Positions 46,900-60,070 of a DNA stretch of 64,000 bases are shown in pieces (within the stretch, counting starts at the first letter, position 1; every line of letters begins with the position of its first letter). Source of the stretch: Squalus acanthias. Taxonomy: Eukaryota. The stretch spans positions 21,764,001-21,828,000 of the forward strand of contig CM059432.1 of assembly GCA_030390025.1 (NCBI GenBank), read 5' to 3'. Position numbers and translations under genes: made by a program. The notes beneath the pieces were generated by a model that was not told where the DNA came from, did no database searches, and saw only the letters and a program-made list of their open reading frames with translations.

Positions 46900-49800
46900 A
46901 TAGACATTGGCTGTAGGAGAAATCCAGCTAGGACCTTGAGCAGCGGCTGGCATCACTGCAGTGCATCCGCGAGGCTGAAAGCTACGTTTCAGGAGGTAGT
47001 CACCCTGCAGCTTAAGAGTTTGCAGGCAGAGAGGGAATGAGTGACTGCCAGCCGGACGAGGAGGACCAGGCAGGTAGTACAGGAGTCCTCTGTGTGTATC
47101 TCGCTCTATAACTGGCATTCAGTTCTGAATACTGGTGAGGGCGATGGTTCCTCTGGGGCGTACAGCCCGATCTAAACCAAGGCACCATGGATGGCTCAGC
47201 TGTATGGAGGTGGGGTGAGGAGGAAGGTCAGAAAAGCAATAGTGATAGAGGATTCCATGGTATGGGGAACAGACAGACGTTTCTGCAGCTGCAAACATGG
47301 CTCCAGGTTGGTATGTCACCTCCCTGGTGTCAGGGTCAAGGATGTCACTGAGTGAGAGCAGAACATTCTGAGGGGTGGTGGGGGTGGAGGGGGGAGGTGA
47401 ACAGCCAGAGGTCGTGGTCCATATCAGTACCAATGCCATAGGTAAAAAGAGGGAGGAGGTCCTGCAGGCAAATTTTAGGGAGCTAGGAAAGATCTTAATA
47501 AGCAGGACCTCAAAGGTAGTAATCTCCGGATTACTCTCATTGCCACGTGCTAGTGAGTACTGAAATAGGAGGATAGAGCAGATGAATGTGTGGCTGAAGA
47601 GATGGTGTAAGAGGGAGGGCTTTAAGTTCATGAGGCATTGGGACCGGTTCTGGAGGGTGGTGGGACCTGTACCAGACAGACGGGTTGCACCTAATCAGGG
47701 CCGGGACCAATATTGTCGCGGGGAGGTTTGCTAGTGCTGTTGGAGAGGGTTTAAACTAGCTTGGCAGGGGGTGGGAACCTGAGTGTAGATTCAGAAGGGA
47801 GAGAAGCAAAGCTGGAAATGGAAGGCAGAAAATTAGTAAGTGAGTTTGGAAGGCAGAGGAAACAAAAGCTAGAAAACAGACAGAAAAGGGGATTGGCAGT
47901 GCTTAATGGTATATTCTTCAGTGCAAGGAGTCTAGTGAATTAGGCAGATAAGCTGAGGGCACAGATAAACATGTGGAAGTTTGATATCATAGCTATTACT
48001 AAAACATGGCTGAAAGAAGGGCAGGAATGGCAGCTCAACATTCCTGGTTACAGGGTTTTCAGACGAGATAGAGAGGGGGATAAAAAGGAGGGGGGGGGGG
48101 TCGCAATATTGGTTAAAGAAACAATTACAGCTGTGAGAAGGCATATATGTTAGAAGGATCAATGAGGCCATATGGATTGAACTGAAGAACAAAAAAGGGG
48201 CAATCACACTGCTGGGAGTGTACTATAGACCCCCAAATAGTCAGAGGGAGATGGAATAGCAAATGTGCAAAAACAATTGGGCAATAATAATAGGGGATTT
48301 CAACTACCCTAATATTAACTGGGATAGAATCAGTGCAAAAAGTATAAAGGGTGCAGAATTCCTAAAATGCATGCCGGCGAACTTTTTTAGCCAGCAGGTA
48401 ACAAGCCCAACAAGAGAGGGCACGGTTCTGGACGTAGTTTTAGGAAATGAAGCTGGGAAGGTGGAAGAGGTATCAGTGGGAGAGCATTTTGGAGGTAGTG
48501 ATTATAATTCTGTTAGATTTAATGTAGTTATGGAACAGGACAAAGATAGACCAGGTGGAAAAGTTCTCGATTGGGGAAAGGCCATTTTTACTAAGCTGAG
48601 ATGCGATTTAGCAAAAGTGGACTGGAAACAGCTACTTGAAGGTAAATCAGTGTCAGAGCAGTGGGAGGAATTCAAGGAGGAGATAGTGAGGGTTCAGAGC
48701 AATTATGTTTCCAAATCTAGATGTCAAGGGGCATACAGGGTAGGATAAGGCAAAAAAGTAAGCTTATGTCAGATACCGAGAGCTAAATACTGCAGAAAGC
48801 CTGGAGGAGTATAGAAAGTGCAGAGGTGAAATTAGGAAAGCAAAGAGAGGGCATGAAAAAATATTGGCAAGTAAAATCAAGGAAAACCCAAAGATGTTTA
48901 ATAAATACATAAAGAGCAAGAGGATAACTAAGGAAAGAGTAGGGCCTATTAGACACCAAAAAGGTAACCTGTGTGTGGAGGTGGAAGACGTGGGTATGGT
49001 TCGTAATGAATAGTTTGCATTTGTCTTCACAGAAGAGAGGGACGAGGCAGACACTGTAGTTAAGGATTAGGAGTGTGATATATTAGATGAGATAAACTTC
49101 GTGAGAGAGGAAATATTAAGGGGTTTAGCATCTTTGAAAGTAGATAAATCACCAGGCCCAAATGAAATGTGTCCAGGTTGTTAAGAGAAGCAAGGAGGAA
49201 ATAACAGCTGCTCTGACCATCATTTTCCAATCCTCTCTTGCTACAGGCGTGGTGCTGGAGGACTGCTAACATTGTACCATTGTTTAAAAGGGAGAAAGGG
49301 GAAGACCGAGTAATCACAGGCCAGTCAGCCTAACCTCAATGGTGGGCAAATTATTGGAAAAAATTCTGAGGGACAGTATTAATCATCATTTAGAAAGGCA
49401 CGGATTAATCAAGGGCATTCAGCATGGATTTGTTAAGGGAAGGCCATGTCTGACTAACTTGATTAAATTTTTTGAGGAGGTAACGAAGAGGGTCGATGAG
49501 GGTAGTGCGTTTGATGTCTTCTACATAGATTTTAGCAAGGCTTTTGACAAGGTCCCACATGGCAGACTGGTGAGAAAAATAAAAGCCCATGGGATCCAAG
49601 GGAAAGTGACAAGTTGGATCCAAAATTGGCTCAGTGGCAGGAAGCAAAAGGTAATGGTCGATGGGTGATTTTTGTGACTGGCAGGCTGATTCCAGTGGTG
49701 TTCCATAGAGATCAGTACTAGGTCCCTTGCTTTTTGTGGTATATACCAATGATTTAGACTTCAATATAGGGGGCAAGATTAAGAAGTTTTCAGATGATAT

Positions 49801-50716
49801 GAAAATTGGCCGTGTGGTTGATAGTGAGGAAGAAAATTATAGTCTGCAGGAAGATAACAAGGAACTGGTCAGGTGGACAGATTAGTGGCAAATGGAATCC
49901 AATCCGGACAAGTGTGAGGTAATGCATTTGGGGAGGGCTAACAAGGCAAGGGAATACACAATAAATAGTAGGGTACTGAGAAGTGTAGAGGAACAGAGAG
50001 ACCTTGGAGTGCATGTCCACAGATCCCCGAAGGTAGCAGGACAGGTGGATAAGGTGGTTAAGAAGGGATACGGGATACTTTCCTTTATTAGCTGAAGCAT
50101 AGAATATAAGAGCAGGGAGGTTATGCTAGAACTGTATAAAACACTAGTTAGGCAACAGTTGGAGTACTGCGTACAGCTCTGGTCACCACATTACAGGAAA
50201 GATGTGAATGCACTAGAGAGGGTACAGAGCAGATTTCTGAGGATGTTGCCAGGACTGGAGAATTTTAGCTCTGAGGAAAGATTGGATAGGCTGGGGTTGT
50301 TTTCTTTGGAACAGAGGAGGCTGAGAGGAGACTTAATTGAGGTGTATAAAATTATGTGGGGCCTAGATAGAGTGTATAGTAAGGACCTATTTCCCTTTGC
50401 AGAGAGGTCAATAACCAGGAGGCATAGATTTAAAGTAATTGGTAGAAGGATTAGAAGGTAATTGAGGAGAAATCTTTTCACCCAGAGGCTGGTGGGGGTC
50501 TGGAACTCACTGCCTGAAAGGGTGATAGAGGCAGAAACCCTCATTGCATTTAAAAAGTACGTGGATATGCACTTGAAGTGTTGTAACCTACAGGGCTACG
50601 GACCAAGAGCTGGAAAGTGGGATTAGGCTGGATAGTTCTTTTTTGGCCAGCACAGACATGATGGGCCGAATAGCCTCCTTCTGTGCCATAAATTTCTATG
50701 ATTCTATGATTCTATG
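46900..50716 (+). mobile_element. Near full-length decayed CR1 with ORF1 SGNH esterase-like domain and ORF2
   Basis: ORF1: AIVIEDSMV..LPG.RV.DV..VVVHISTN..VVISGLL..DGLHL. ORF2: DIIAITKTWL, GDFNYP, QHGF, FSKAFDKV, with multiple stops. (TTCTATGA)n tail. Confidence 0.93.
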
Positions 50717-50994
50717 ACCTCCGTGGTCTGTGGACCCTGTGCGTGAATACTGTGAGTTGAGTGTTGCCAACTGCCCCGCTCTCCTGGCTGACTTCCATTT
50801 CTCCTCTATGTCTTCATCATCCTCCTCCTCCTCAAAGCACAGGAACAATGGTATCCCGCCTGCCCGTAACCTGGCCTGACATGCTGGCCGGTCGGCTCAG
50901 CTTGTGAGCTTGCTGATTTCCCGACCTCTCAGAACCAGCTAGCTGCAGTGAGGTACCCGCTTAGGACCCGCAGCTCACTGGCAGCATGCTATTG

Positions 50995-51392
50995 AGGCCT
51001 TGAGCACATAAATCTAGGCCGACACTCCAGTGCAGTGCTGAGGGAGTGCTGCACTGTCGGAGGTGCCGTCTTTCGGATGAAACGTTAAACCGAGGCCCCG
51101 TTTGCTCTCTCAGATGGACGTAAAAGATCCCATGGCACTATTTCGAAGAAGAGCAGGAAAGTTATCCCCGGTGTCCTGGCCAATATTCATCCCTCAATCA
51201 ACATAACAAAAACAGATTATCTGGTCATTATCACATTGCTGTTTGTGGGAGCTTGCTGTGCGCAGATTGGTTGCCGCGTTTCCTACATTACAACAGTGAC
51301 TATACTTCAAAATAGTGCTGCATTGGCTGTAAAGTGCTATAGGACGTTCAGTGATTGTGAAAGGCGCTATATAAATGCAAGTCTTTCTTTTT
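50995..51392 (+). mobile_element. 5'-truncated Deu-domain SINE
   Basis: Body and tail match 42770-43150; the tRNA head is absent. Confidence 0.88.
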
Positions 51393-52619
51393 TCAAGCCT
51401 CAAAACGGCTCGGGCCTTACACCTGCAAAAATGGACTGGCAGAGCGGCCACTCCACCAACGTTGCCCTCGTTCTGGTCACCACTTAAAAATTGCCTGTCA
51501 CGTGATCTAAGAGTTGGTGCCCATTATAACACTCATTGCATAGGTTAAACACTAAATGCTCATCTGCAGGATACAGAAAATATTTTGTTTGTGCTTTGAC
51601 CAACATAAGACATTGCTCATAAGTTCTGAGGCTTATTTGATGATAGCGTCTCCTGTGTTAACTCACACATTGCATCAACATTGGTGACAGATGACAAAAC
51701 AAAAAGCCCAACAAATGCCGTATTTCTAAATAACCATGCGCTTCTCATGTTAAGGGCTGATTAAAAATTTGCTTCGCAAAAAGGAATTGCGTGCTTAAAA
51801 AGTAAACAGAGCTCTTTATTATAAAGGTTCTGAAATTCATAGAATAAAGTTTCAGTTTATCTTGGTTGATCCTGCTTTCAATATTCATCTTATGTCTGTT
51901 GTATGAAATTAGCAAAGATTAAGTCCAATTAGGTTCCATTATAGGACCCTTGTTCCCCAAACAGCTGCATAATTGTAAAGAAGCCGGTTGCTAATGGGTA
52001 AGAGTAAATGCTGCAGCAACATTTGCATTCCACCTGCACAACTCTTTACATCTCACCTTCAATACAAAACCTGTCCCCTGCACTTCATTTTACCAAGGTC
52101 TTCCGAAGCACGGCTCTGAAAATTAGTCTACGGGGGTTTGTTTATTTAAATGAAGTACAAGCAGTCGACAGTCCTCGCAACAAAACAAAAATGTTGCAAT
52201 ATATCAGCTGGCATGGCAACCAATAATGTCCCTTTTTATTTGAATCCTATACATCCCTTTTTTATTAAAAAGCAATATCTGTAACAGTCTGTGAGGCAAA
52301 AAGCTGTGCAATTTTGAAGCATATCATCACAGGCAGTTTACTGAGGTACAAAATGGCACGATAAAAAACCATTGAATGCCGATGAATGCTCTTTGCAGTT
52401 TTCAAAACATGCAAATGTTTCTGTAATATAACACCCGCAAAAGTGTTGACTACATTTCATGGATCTCAAAGCAATGGCCTCCGCCTCCTGCTTGATAAAC
52501 TCACTGGGGACGCTAAGAAAAAGCAACGTCCCTGTTTCAAATTGGCCTCTAAACAGGTGTAGTTATGAAATTGGGAGAGTTCATTTTGGTGTTGTTCTCC
52601 TGGCCCTCAACTCACACTG

Positions 52620-52942
52620 ACCTTCTTCGACAGCGCCTCCTAAACCCAGGACCTCTACCACCTAGAAAGACAAGGGCAGCAGGCGCATGGGATCTCCATC
52701 AACTCCAAGTTCCCCTCCAAGTCACACACACCATCCTGACGTGGAAATATATCGCATTCCTTCATCGTTGCTGGGTCAAAATCCTGGAACTCCCTCCCGA
52801 ACAGCACTATTGGAGTACCTTCACCACACGGACTGCAGCGGATCAAGATGGCAGCTCACCGCCACCTTCTCAAGGGCAATTAGGAATGGGAATTAAATGC
52901 TGGCTTTGCCAGTGACACTCACATCCCAGGAACGGAAAAAAA
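52620..52942 (+). mobile_element. Family-B LINE 3' end
   Basis: Matches 31155-31476, ending in an A run. Confidence 0.88.
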
Positions 52943-53262
52943 GTCAGATTTTCTGAAATCGTGCCTGTCAGGAATGCTCATGGGGAAATCGCAGTGTCCT
53001 TCCCTAAATTTTACATTTAATGGGTGGAAGATCATGAGGAGTGCACTTGCAATTTCCTGATATGCACTGCTGGAGGGGCAAGGCTCACAATTTCATAACA
53101 TCGGCCCTGTAAAGCAAGAGGGCATTTAACGACACAGAAAATTTAGCATTGCCAATTAAGAAAAGACCAATTGCAGGTAATAGATTTCACAAATAGCCTG
53201 AGCAAGAGAAAATGGATTTATATATTTGGTGGGCTGCGTCAGCGGATCACTCAAAAATGTAG

Positions 53263-53882
53263 GGGGGAAAAATTGGGTCGTGCCCCTTTGGGGCGCTAAC
53301 TTTGCTAGGGCGCTACTTTTAGCGCCCCGAAAAAGTTAGCACCCCCCCGCCCGAAATTGAATGATAGCGCCCCAAGCAGGAGGCGGGGCACTACTGGAAG
53401 CGCTCCCCCTCCCTCTTGGGGCGCTCCCATTGAATATTGCGGTGCTACGTGCAGCAGCGCCATGCGTGTCGGCACGTAGTGCCGCCGTACTGCAGGCCTC
53501 CCTCCCCTGATTAAAGGGGAGGGGCCTAGCGCAGCGTGCACCGGGGCCCTGCTGGACCACCGGGGAGCGAGGTGCCGGCAAAAGAGCCCGGCACTGAAGA
53601 GGAGTGCCGGGCTGACCGATCGCTGGCGGCCCCCCAAAAAATGGCCACCCGGTGCCTGCCTTTTAATTTGCGCCACCCCGGCTGCAAAAACGCCACCATG
53701 ACCCTGTCGGACATAGCCTCCGCCGGTAGGTCAGGGGGCGCGAGCCAAGTTTGCGGCCGGGGCACGAGCGGGGTGCTGCGCACATCGATGATGTCATCGT
53801 CGGAGGCGCAGCACCATGGGGCGCTACTGGCTCCCGCCTCGGGGTGCTAACGGGAGGCACAAAGCAACCGACTTTTTCCCCC
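53263..53882 (-). mobile_element. Harbinger-type MITE with TAG TSD
   Basis: GGGGGAAAAATT / ACTTTTTCCCCC; TAG at 53260-53262 and 53883-53885; same family as 44181-44766. Confidence 0.88.
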
Positions 53883-54879
53883 TAGGTGTCTAAAAGGTGT
53901 CTAAGATGGCTTTAACGTTAGTTTCAAACATGTATCAACACAAAAGTAATAGTATTAACCAAGGAGGTAGTCTCAAGCCTACACAGTATCACACAGGCTG
54001 CAGACTAGTATGAGGGAAAATTCAAATTTCCAGGTGATACCTCTCACCTAATACGAAACACTGCACACGTGTGGAAATACCGATTGTCACTCGGCCAGAG
54101 TAATGTGGGAGCTGTTACTTTAACTCAGATGTGCTGGCTCTGCATCCCATTATATGATCTACTGGCTCTGCACCACATTATACAAGCACCTCTGAGACCG
54201 GTACCTGCAGTATAACTGACCCATAAAATGCCACAGCTGTAAAGGCAAAACATTTTCACTGGTGGGTAATCACCTGAGCACAAAGTCTTATTCTAAAATA
54301 TATGGCATTTCAGATACAAGTACATGAGCATGTTGGTCAAAGGTTTCTGCTTCACGTGGTGTCCATCCATGTGGATTTTCAGAGGGAGATTTTGAAATTG
54401 GTTTCAAGCTGTGAGAACAGTTTTGCTCTTTAGACTCACGCCCGCAGTGAATTTGGTCTAAACTTCCCACTACATTTAACCGAGGACCCTTAGCAGTCAT
54501 CAGAAAGAAGTGACTTTCATTTCCATCTGTCTGAATGCATTCAAACTCAGGCCCCATTGATACGGATGGTATTCCAGCTTACAGCTTTAATCATTTTCTG
54601 CACAGCTAAGCCTTTTTTGTGTATGTGTGTGTGTGTGCATGACTGAAAGGTGCTATGACTATGAAGTGCACCAGTATTGCACTGGAATGTACAGCAATCC
54701 CATAGGTATTAGCTGAAGAAATATAGAAAAGGGTATTCTGAAAATGCTTTTAATTGCAGAATCATGTCATCACAGAAATAACAGATTTATTTCTTGCAAA
54801 TGCATTTTTCACTTTCCAAAGATTTTTTCCCCCAATTGACATCTACGTACTTTCACATTTTTCTATCTTGACCCTTTTC

Positions 54880-55070
54880 TGACTGACGTCACTCATCTCT
54901 GTAACTAGGCTTCAAATATTTCAGAAAAGCATCTGTCTGAACGCTGTACTCTATTACCAAGCTAGTGAACCTATTGGCTGTCCAATTGAAATATTCATGT
55001 GATAAATAGACCCTAGAGATGCGGGGGGCGGAGGGTGGATGGGGGGGGGGAGGGCGGTGTTAGTTAGAGG
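54880..55070. promoter_or_regulatory. Promoter-like motif cluster in apparently non-repeat DNA
   Basis: TGACGTCA 54884-54891, ATTGG 54973, CCAAT 54982, GC boxes at ~55025 and ~55052. Motif evidence only. Confidence 0.3.
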
Positions 55071-56139
55071 GCTGCAGTCAAATGAGACACTGACATTTTG
55101 GAAGCCTCTTAAAAGGGTTAAAAAAAATTACATTACAATGAAGCTGTAAAAACTGTGCATCAAATCATTACCTATCATTTCAGACTGTAGAACCTCAAAA
55201 AGTCAGCGTTCCCATATTTTCAGGAATTCAGGAACTTATGTGGTATTATTTACAGGAAACGTGGTCTGTGTAGAGATACAGGGAGAAAATGAAGGAAAGC
55301 TGGTCATCTAAGAAAAATATTTGTGTGCGCTCGTGAGTAAGAGAGAGAGAGAGAAAGAAATATGTTTGCTTGTATTTTATTAAAAGCCCATTAACGTTGA
55401 TAGGAATGTTAAAAGGTTTGCTGTACTCTTGGCAATCAAGGAGTTAGATGCTTCCTGATGGTACATTTACACTCTAGGGCCCAATTTAGGACTACAAACT
55501 TGTGGTCTAGAGCTTCACCCACCAGGACCACACATTAGGAACTCGCAGACACGCTCCCCATAAATTTTTGTCAGCGGTACTTCTTCATGGTAAGCACTGT
55601 ACATCAGGCTGTGCACCCACATGCACTATGCAAGAGTGATCTTCCTGCTTGATCTTCAGAGATAGGCCCTAATTACACGTTCTTGGTGAGCTGCTAGTGT
55701 GGAATATGTACATTGCTGAGAGGAATTTGCAGCTATGTAAAGGGCTGCAGCAGCTATTTTAAGGGATCAGGCCATTTGAAAGTGAACAGCTACCTAAGGA
55801 GGGTAGAATTTTTAAACCTACTAAAAACCAGTGGAGAGAAAACAATGGAAAACAGCAAAAGGGCTGCAAAAAGGTTAAGTTTGTCAACCAGGTAAATTTA
55901 AAGATGAAAATTGAAGTGACTGGTAAAAAAAGATGTGAATGGCAAAAATAATGTTGAGATAGGAAACCTGAGGGTGATTTTTCTGGTACCCCCTGTCTAG
56001 GTGCTGGACAGGTGCAGCACACCCAGGACTTAGTACACTCAGACTTCATGGGCTTGATCATCTCCATAGCCTGGCTGCATCCTCGGCACAGACCCAACCT
56101 TTGGCAGGGCCAAGTGCCTAGAAATGGCGCAGGAAACTT

Positions 56140-56440
56140 GGCCATAATGGATATGGTAGCCTATTGCCTAGCAACTCAGAGGTTATGAGTTCACATTCCA
56201 GCATGGGTAAATTATGAAATTGAATTTGATAAAATCTATTAGACCAGAAAATGATCATAAAAGCTGCTGGATTGTTGTAAAAAACCAACTGCTTCATCGA
56301 TGTCCCTAGGAAGCGGACCTGCTACCCATATTTGGCTCCACACTACATGGTTAACTCATAATACCCTCAGAGCAACTAGGCCTGGGCAATAAATACTGCC
56401 TTGACAGTGTCGCCCGCATCTCATGAACAAATTAAAAAAA
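56140..56440 (+). mobile_element. Decayed tRNA-headed SINE sharing the family-B LINE 3' tail
   Basis: B-box-like GAGTTCACATTCC; ends caactagg..gggcaataaatactgccttgacagtgtcgcccgcatctcatgaacaaattaaaaaaa, like 31407-31476. Confidence 0.7.
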
Positions 56441-58817
56441 GAAGTCCCAAGAGGCCTTCAGCAGCAGCAATGGCTGCTATGGTTGGAACTATCTGCAGCA
56501 GCTACAAGGTCCCCAGTGGATCCCTCCAAATGGACACCATGATGGTGAAACTACAGGAAAATGGGGCAGAAAGGTAGGAACATCCCCTCTGCCTCATTTA
56601 CATAGAAATATGGTGCATACACTTATTGTAGGTGTAGAGACACGGTCCCTTTTCATGGGAAGTCCCAGAAATCCTACATAATGGAGGTGGAGGCTTAGCA
56701 TTACAGATCTTCACCCCGATTTCCTGTCATTAGCACCAGGGAGTTAACATTACCTGGTTGCTACCGACAGGACAATCGTCCCTGTAGTCTGGGCGAGTGA
56801 GGGAGCAGCACAGGTCCTAAACTCTCCATGGATAGATGAAGTGTAGAAGCTTTCTGCATGAGATAGGTGTGAAGAGGCTTATTTTGTTTAACACTCCAGA
56901 GCATCTTCCCAAGAGGATGGCAGCATAATGTGCCTGGTAGGCCAAGGATAGTTCTGTGTGAAGTACTCGCAGGGTTTACCCAAAGTCCCTTTACAAGCAG
57001 CCAAGGTGGAACAAGAGTACCACATATCAGATAGATGACTCAATTATACATACATAGGAACAGGAGTAGGCCATTCAGCCTCTTGAGCCTCTTCCACCAT
57101 TCAATTAGAACTAAATCATGGCTGATCTGTAGCTCAACTGCATTTACCTGCCCTTGTTTCATATTCCTTGATACCCTTACCCAACAAAAATCTATCGATC
57201 TCAGTCTTGAAAATTTCAATTCACCCACCGTACACCGTAGGGAGCGAGTTCCAAATTTCCACATAGCACAAAGTGCTGCCAGTCCACCTGCTACACATCT
57301 ATTTCTGGCCCATGCAAGATTCTCAGACAACCTTCCAGCTCTTTCATTGCTAAAATGTCAGTTGGTAGCACTATCACCCAACGCCATTAAAACAGAGTAA
57401 CTGTTGTTCATCTCATTGCTGTTTGTGAGTTCTTACTTTGTGCAATTGGCTATTGCATTTACTTATTTAACAACAGTAACTGCACATCAAAAGTAAATTC
57501 TGTGAAACACTTTCTCACAGATATTGTAAGGTGCTTTTTCTTTTACTTTCTTTTACTGTGCAAAGCCGAGCAGGGCACACATTCAAGCTGTAACCTGTCA
57601 GCAAAATGACCTGAGAATTGCCTTGCATGTGCTCTCAAAATGGAGTCCGTAATCAGACTGAATGGTGGGAAACCAAAAGGCTAAGTCCAATTCAACCTTT
57701 GAACATTCATGCGAAACAAGGCATCATCACAGAAACATAGGCCATCAAGACCACAGACCCAGAGATTGCTCAGCAGGAGTGTGTCACTCCTTATTGGAAG
57801 GAGATAAGAAGAACTGTTCGTGAAGAAGAGATTGAAAGTCAAGGGGGTGAAATTTCCACCTGGTATGTCTGTGTACTGATGAATTGTTAAACCGAGACCA
57901 TTAGGGGTACTCACACGGTTGTGTGAGGTGTTTGGCAACAAGAAGAAATGAACACTTCTAACGCGTGTCGCTTAATTTAGTCAACTGAATTGTGGAGGTT
58001 TCTTTGAAAATCAAGGATGTATAAGATGGTGTATTGACATTAAGAATAAGTTCAAAAAGATAAATTCCATTGAGTTCAGTTCTGGGTTTTAAGTTCTTTT
58101 TAGTTCTCATTGCTTTAGTAGTCTTTTTGTCTAGTTTATTTAGAAGGGTGTCTCTGTAAAAGGAAAAAAGTACATCTCTGACAGAGACAGAGAGAGAGAA
58201 GTTACAGAATTAAAATTGTATTGCTATACTGGCCAAAAACAGGCAGATATAAATGTTTCACTTAGTTTTCCTGAGATCAAGGAATGTGAGATTTAAGGCA
58301 ACTGGTCTGGATATGCTTACTATCATGTAAGGTGGATTTACCCAGGAGCAGTGGATTCAAGAGGAAAGGATAGCACTTCTACAGGCAGAGGTTTATCTTC
58401 TTAACATTCTCGAAGGTCAACATCATCATCCCAAAGAAAAGCGAGATAATCAGCACAGCCACGCAGCTCCTCAGGACGAGATCATGTAAATTCTGTAAAC
58501 ATTGCTAACTGCAAGATAGTCTTTAATCTATTCAATAGATTGGTTGTCTAATGCTGTTAACTTGTCAGCTATCTAAGGAGTTTAATCCTAAATTAATTTC
58601 ACCAATTTATATCAACCTCAGATATTTATCTTTACTGTAAATTGATAATCAGCAAACCAGTTAATGCTGAATTCCTGTGATACAATTGAACTGCCTATAC
58701 AGCCTCTGTTATTCCTTTTTTTAGTTAAGCTTGTTTATGAATTATCTGCATACTCAATGTTTAAGTTTGAGTGCTGCTAATTATTATTTTGAAGTTAATA
58801 AACAATTGTTAGTGCAT

Positions 58818-59039
58818 AAGCAAAATACTGCGGATGCTGGAAATCTGAAATATCAACAGAAAATGCTGGAAATACTCAGCAGGTCAGGCAGCATCTGTGG
58901 AGAGAGAAACAGAGTTATCGTTTCAGGTCGATGACCCTTCATCAGAACGTCTGACGAAGGGTCATTGACCTGAAACGTTAACTCTGTTTCTCTCTCCACA
59001 GATGCTGCCTGACCTGCTGAGTATTTTCAGCATTTCCTG
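58818..59039. mobile_element. Palindromic Penelope pLTR insert (family 1) with 15-bp TSD
   Basis: CAATTGTTAGTGCAT at 58803-58817 and 59040-59054; ~89-bp inverted arms meeting at 58947-58950; a hammerhead core in each arm. Confidence 0.88.
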
Positions 59040-59786
59040 CAATTGTTAGTGCATGACTTGTTACGGACATACAAAAATGGAGGTCAGGAAAAGACCAGAT
59101 TGGGCTATTACAAACAGTCAACAGCTTGTGCGTATCCTAATTGGAAATTGGTAGTGCAAATATAAATACAAACTGGACTGGTTTATGTAAGACAGTTTGG
59201 TGAGTTAAATTTAGGCATCATTTAGGCACAGACTGGATGGTAAACCCCAGATGGTTTCTTGACGAGGAATTACGGTAAAGGGGTTAAGGATTCATCTGAT
59301 ACCTAGATAAATATTTGTCAGGGAACCGATCTCAGTGTTATTACAGATTTATAACTGAAACTCTAGGCACAATAATTCCTTAAAAGGCCTTCACACTACA
59401 AATCATTCTAACACAATCAACTTGCATGGTCAGTCACTGACACACAGAATGGGCTGCAAGATGGTGACTACGTACTCCTTGAAGGTCCAGTATCTCAAGA
59501 CTGTTTCTTTGCCTCACTATCACAAGAAAAAAAAATGTACAAAACTGGAGGAGGAGCCAGAAATTAAAAACCTTTTGACCATTTGACTCTTTTGAGGAGC
59601 TTACTCTGGTGATCCTTGCCGATAAGAACATCAAACAAGTTGGAGAAGGTGAAACCACAGTCCTCCCCAAGCTCAGAATATGTGTCTTCTTGCTCTTGTT
59701 ATGTGTTGTACCCCTTCTCATTCACTGAGATATACAGACATCACACAAACACTCAATATTTCACAATGCAAACTCTATTTGAAGGT

Positions 59787-60070
59787 CATGATGCGGAGAT
59801 GCCGGTGTTGGACTGGGGTGGACAAAAATGAGAAGTCGCACAACACCAGGTTATAGTCCAACAGTTTTATTTAAAATTACGAGCTTTCGGAGCTGCTGCC
59901 CCTTCGTCAGGTAGAGGTACAGTGAGGGAATCTAATATCAGATTAGATATTAGATTTAGATCTAATATTAGATTCCCTCACTGTACCTCTACCTGACGAA
60001 GGGGCAGCAGCTCCGAAAGCTCGTAATTTTAAATAAAACTGTTGGACTATAACCTGGTGTTGTGCGACTT
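59787..60070. mobile_element. Palindromic PLE-type pLTR insert (family 2) with 14-bp TSD
   Basis: CTCTATTTGAAGGT at 59773-59786 and 60071-60084; perfect arms 59830-59938 and 59965-60073; a hammerhead core in each arm. Confidence 0.88.
59990..60025 (+). ncRNA. Minimal type I hammerhead ribozyme motif (mirror copy on the minus strand at ~59878-59913)
   Basis: TAC CTGACGA A GGGGC AGCA GCTCC GAAA GC TC GTA: core boxes, 5-bp stem II, 3-bp stem I, palindromic AGCT, predicted cleavage after C60022. Confidence 0.72.

Larger units (their letters stand above)
46150..51497 (-). mobile_element. Heavily decayed Harbinger remnant hosting a CR1 and a SINE
   Basis: Plus-strand Myb-like RFSD..LAELRARRQRFY..AVLREAALAVS at 46375-46530; minus-strand acidic tail-like EEEEDDEDIEE at ~50800-50835. 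Boundaries are uncertain. Confidence 0.45.

Noticed and set aside
57589..59065. Possible solo LTR (TGTAAC..GTTACG, AATAAA at ~58797)
   Set aside because: The termini are suggestive but the flanks show no TSD and the end is not CA. Left uncalled.
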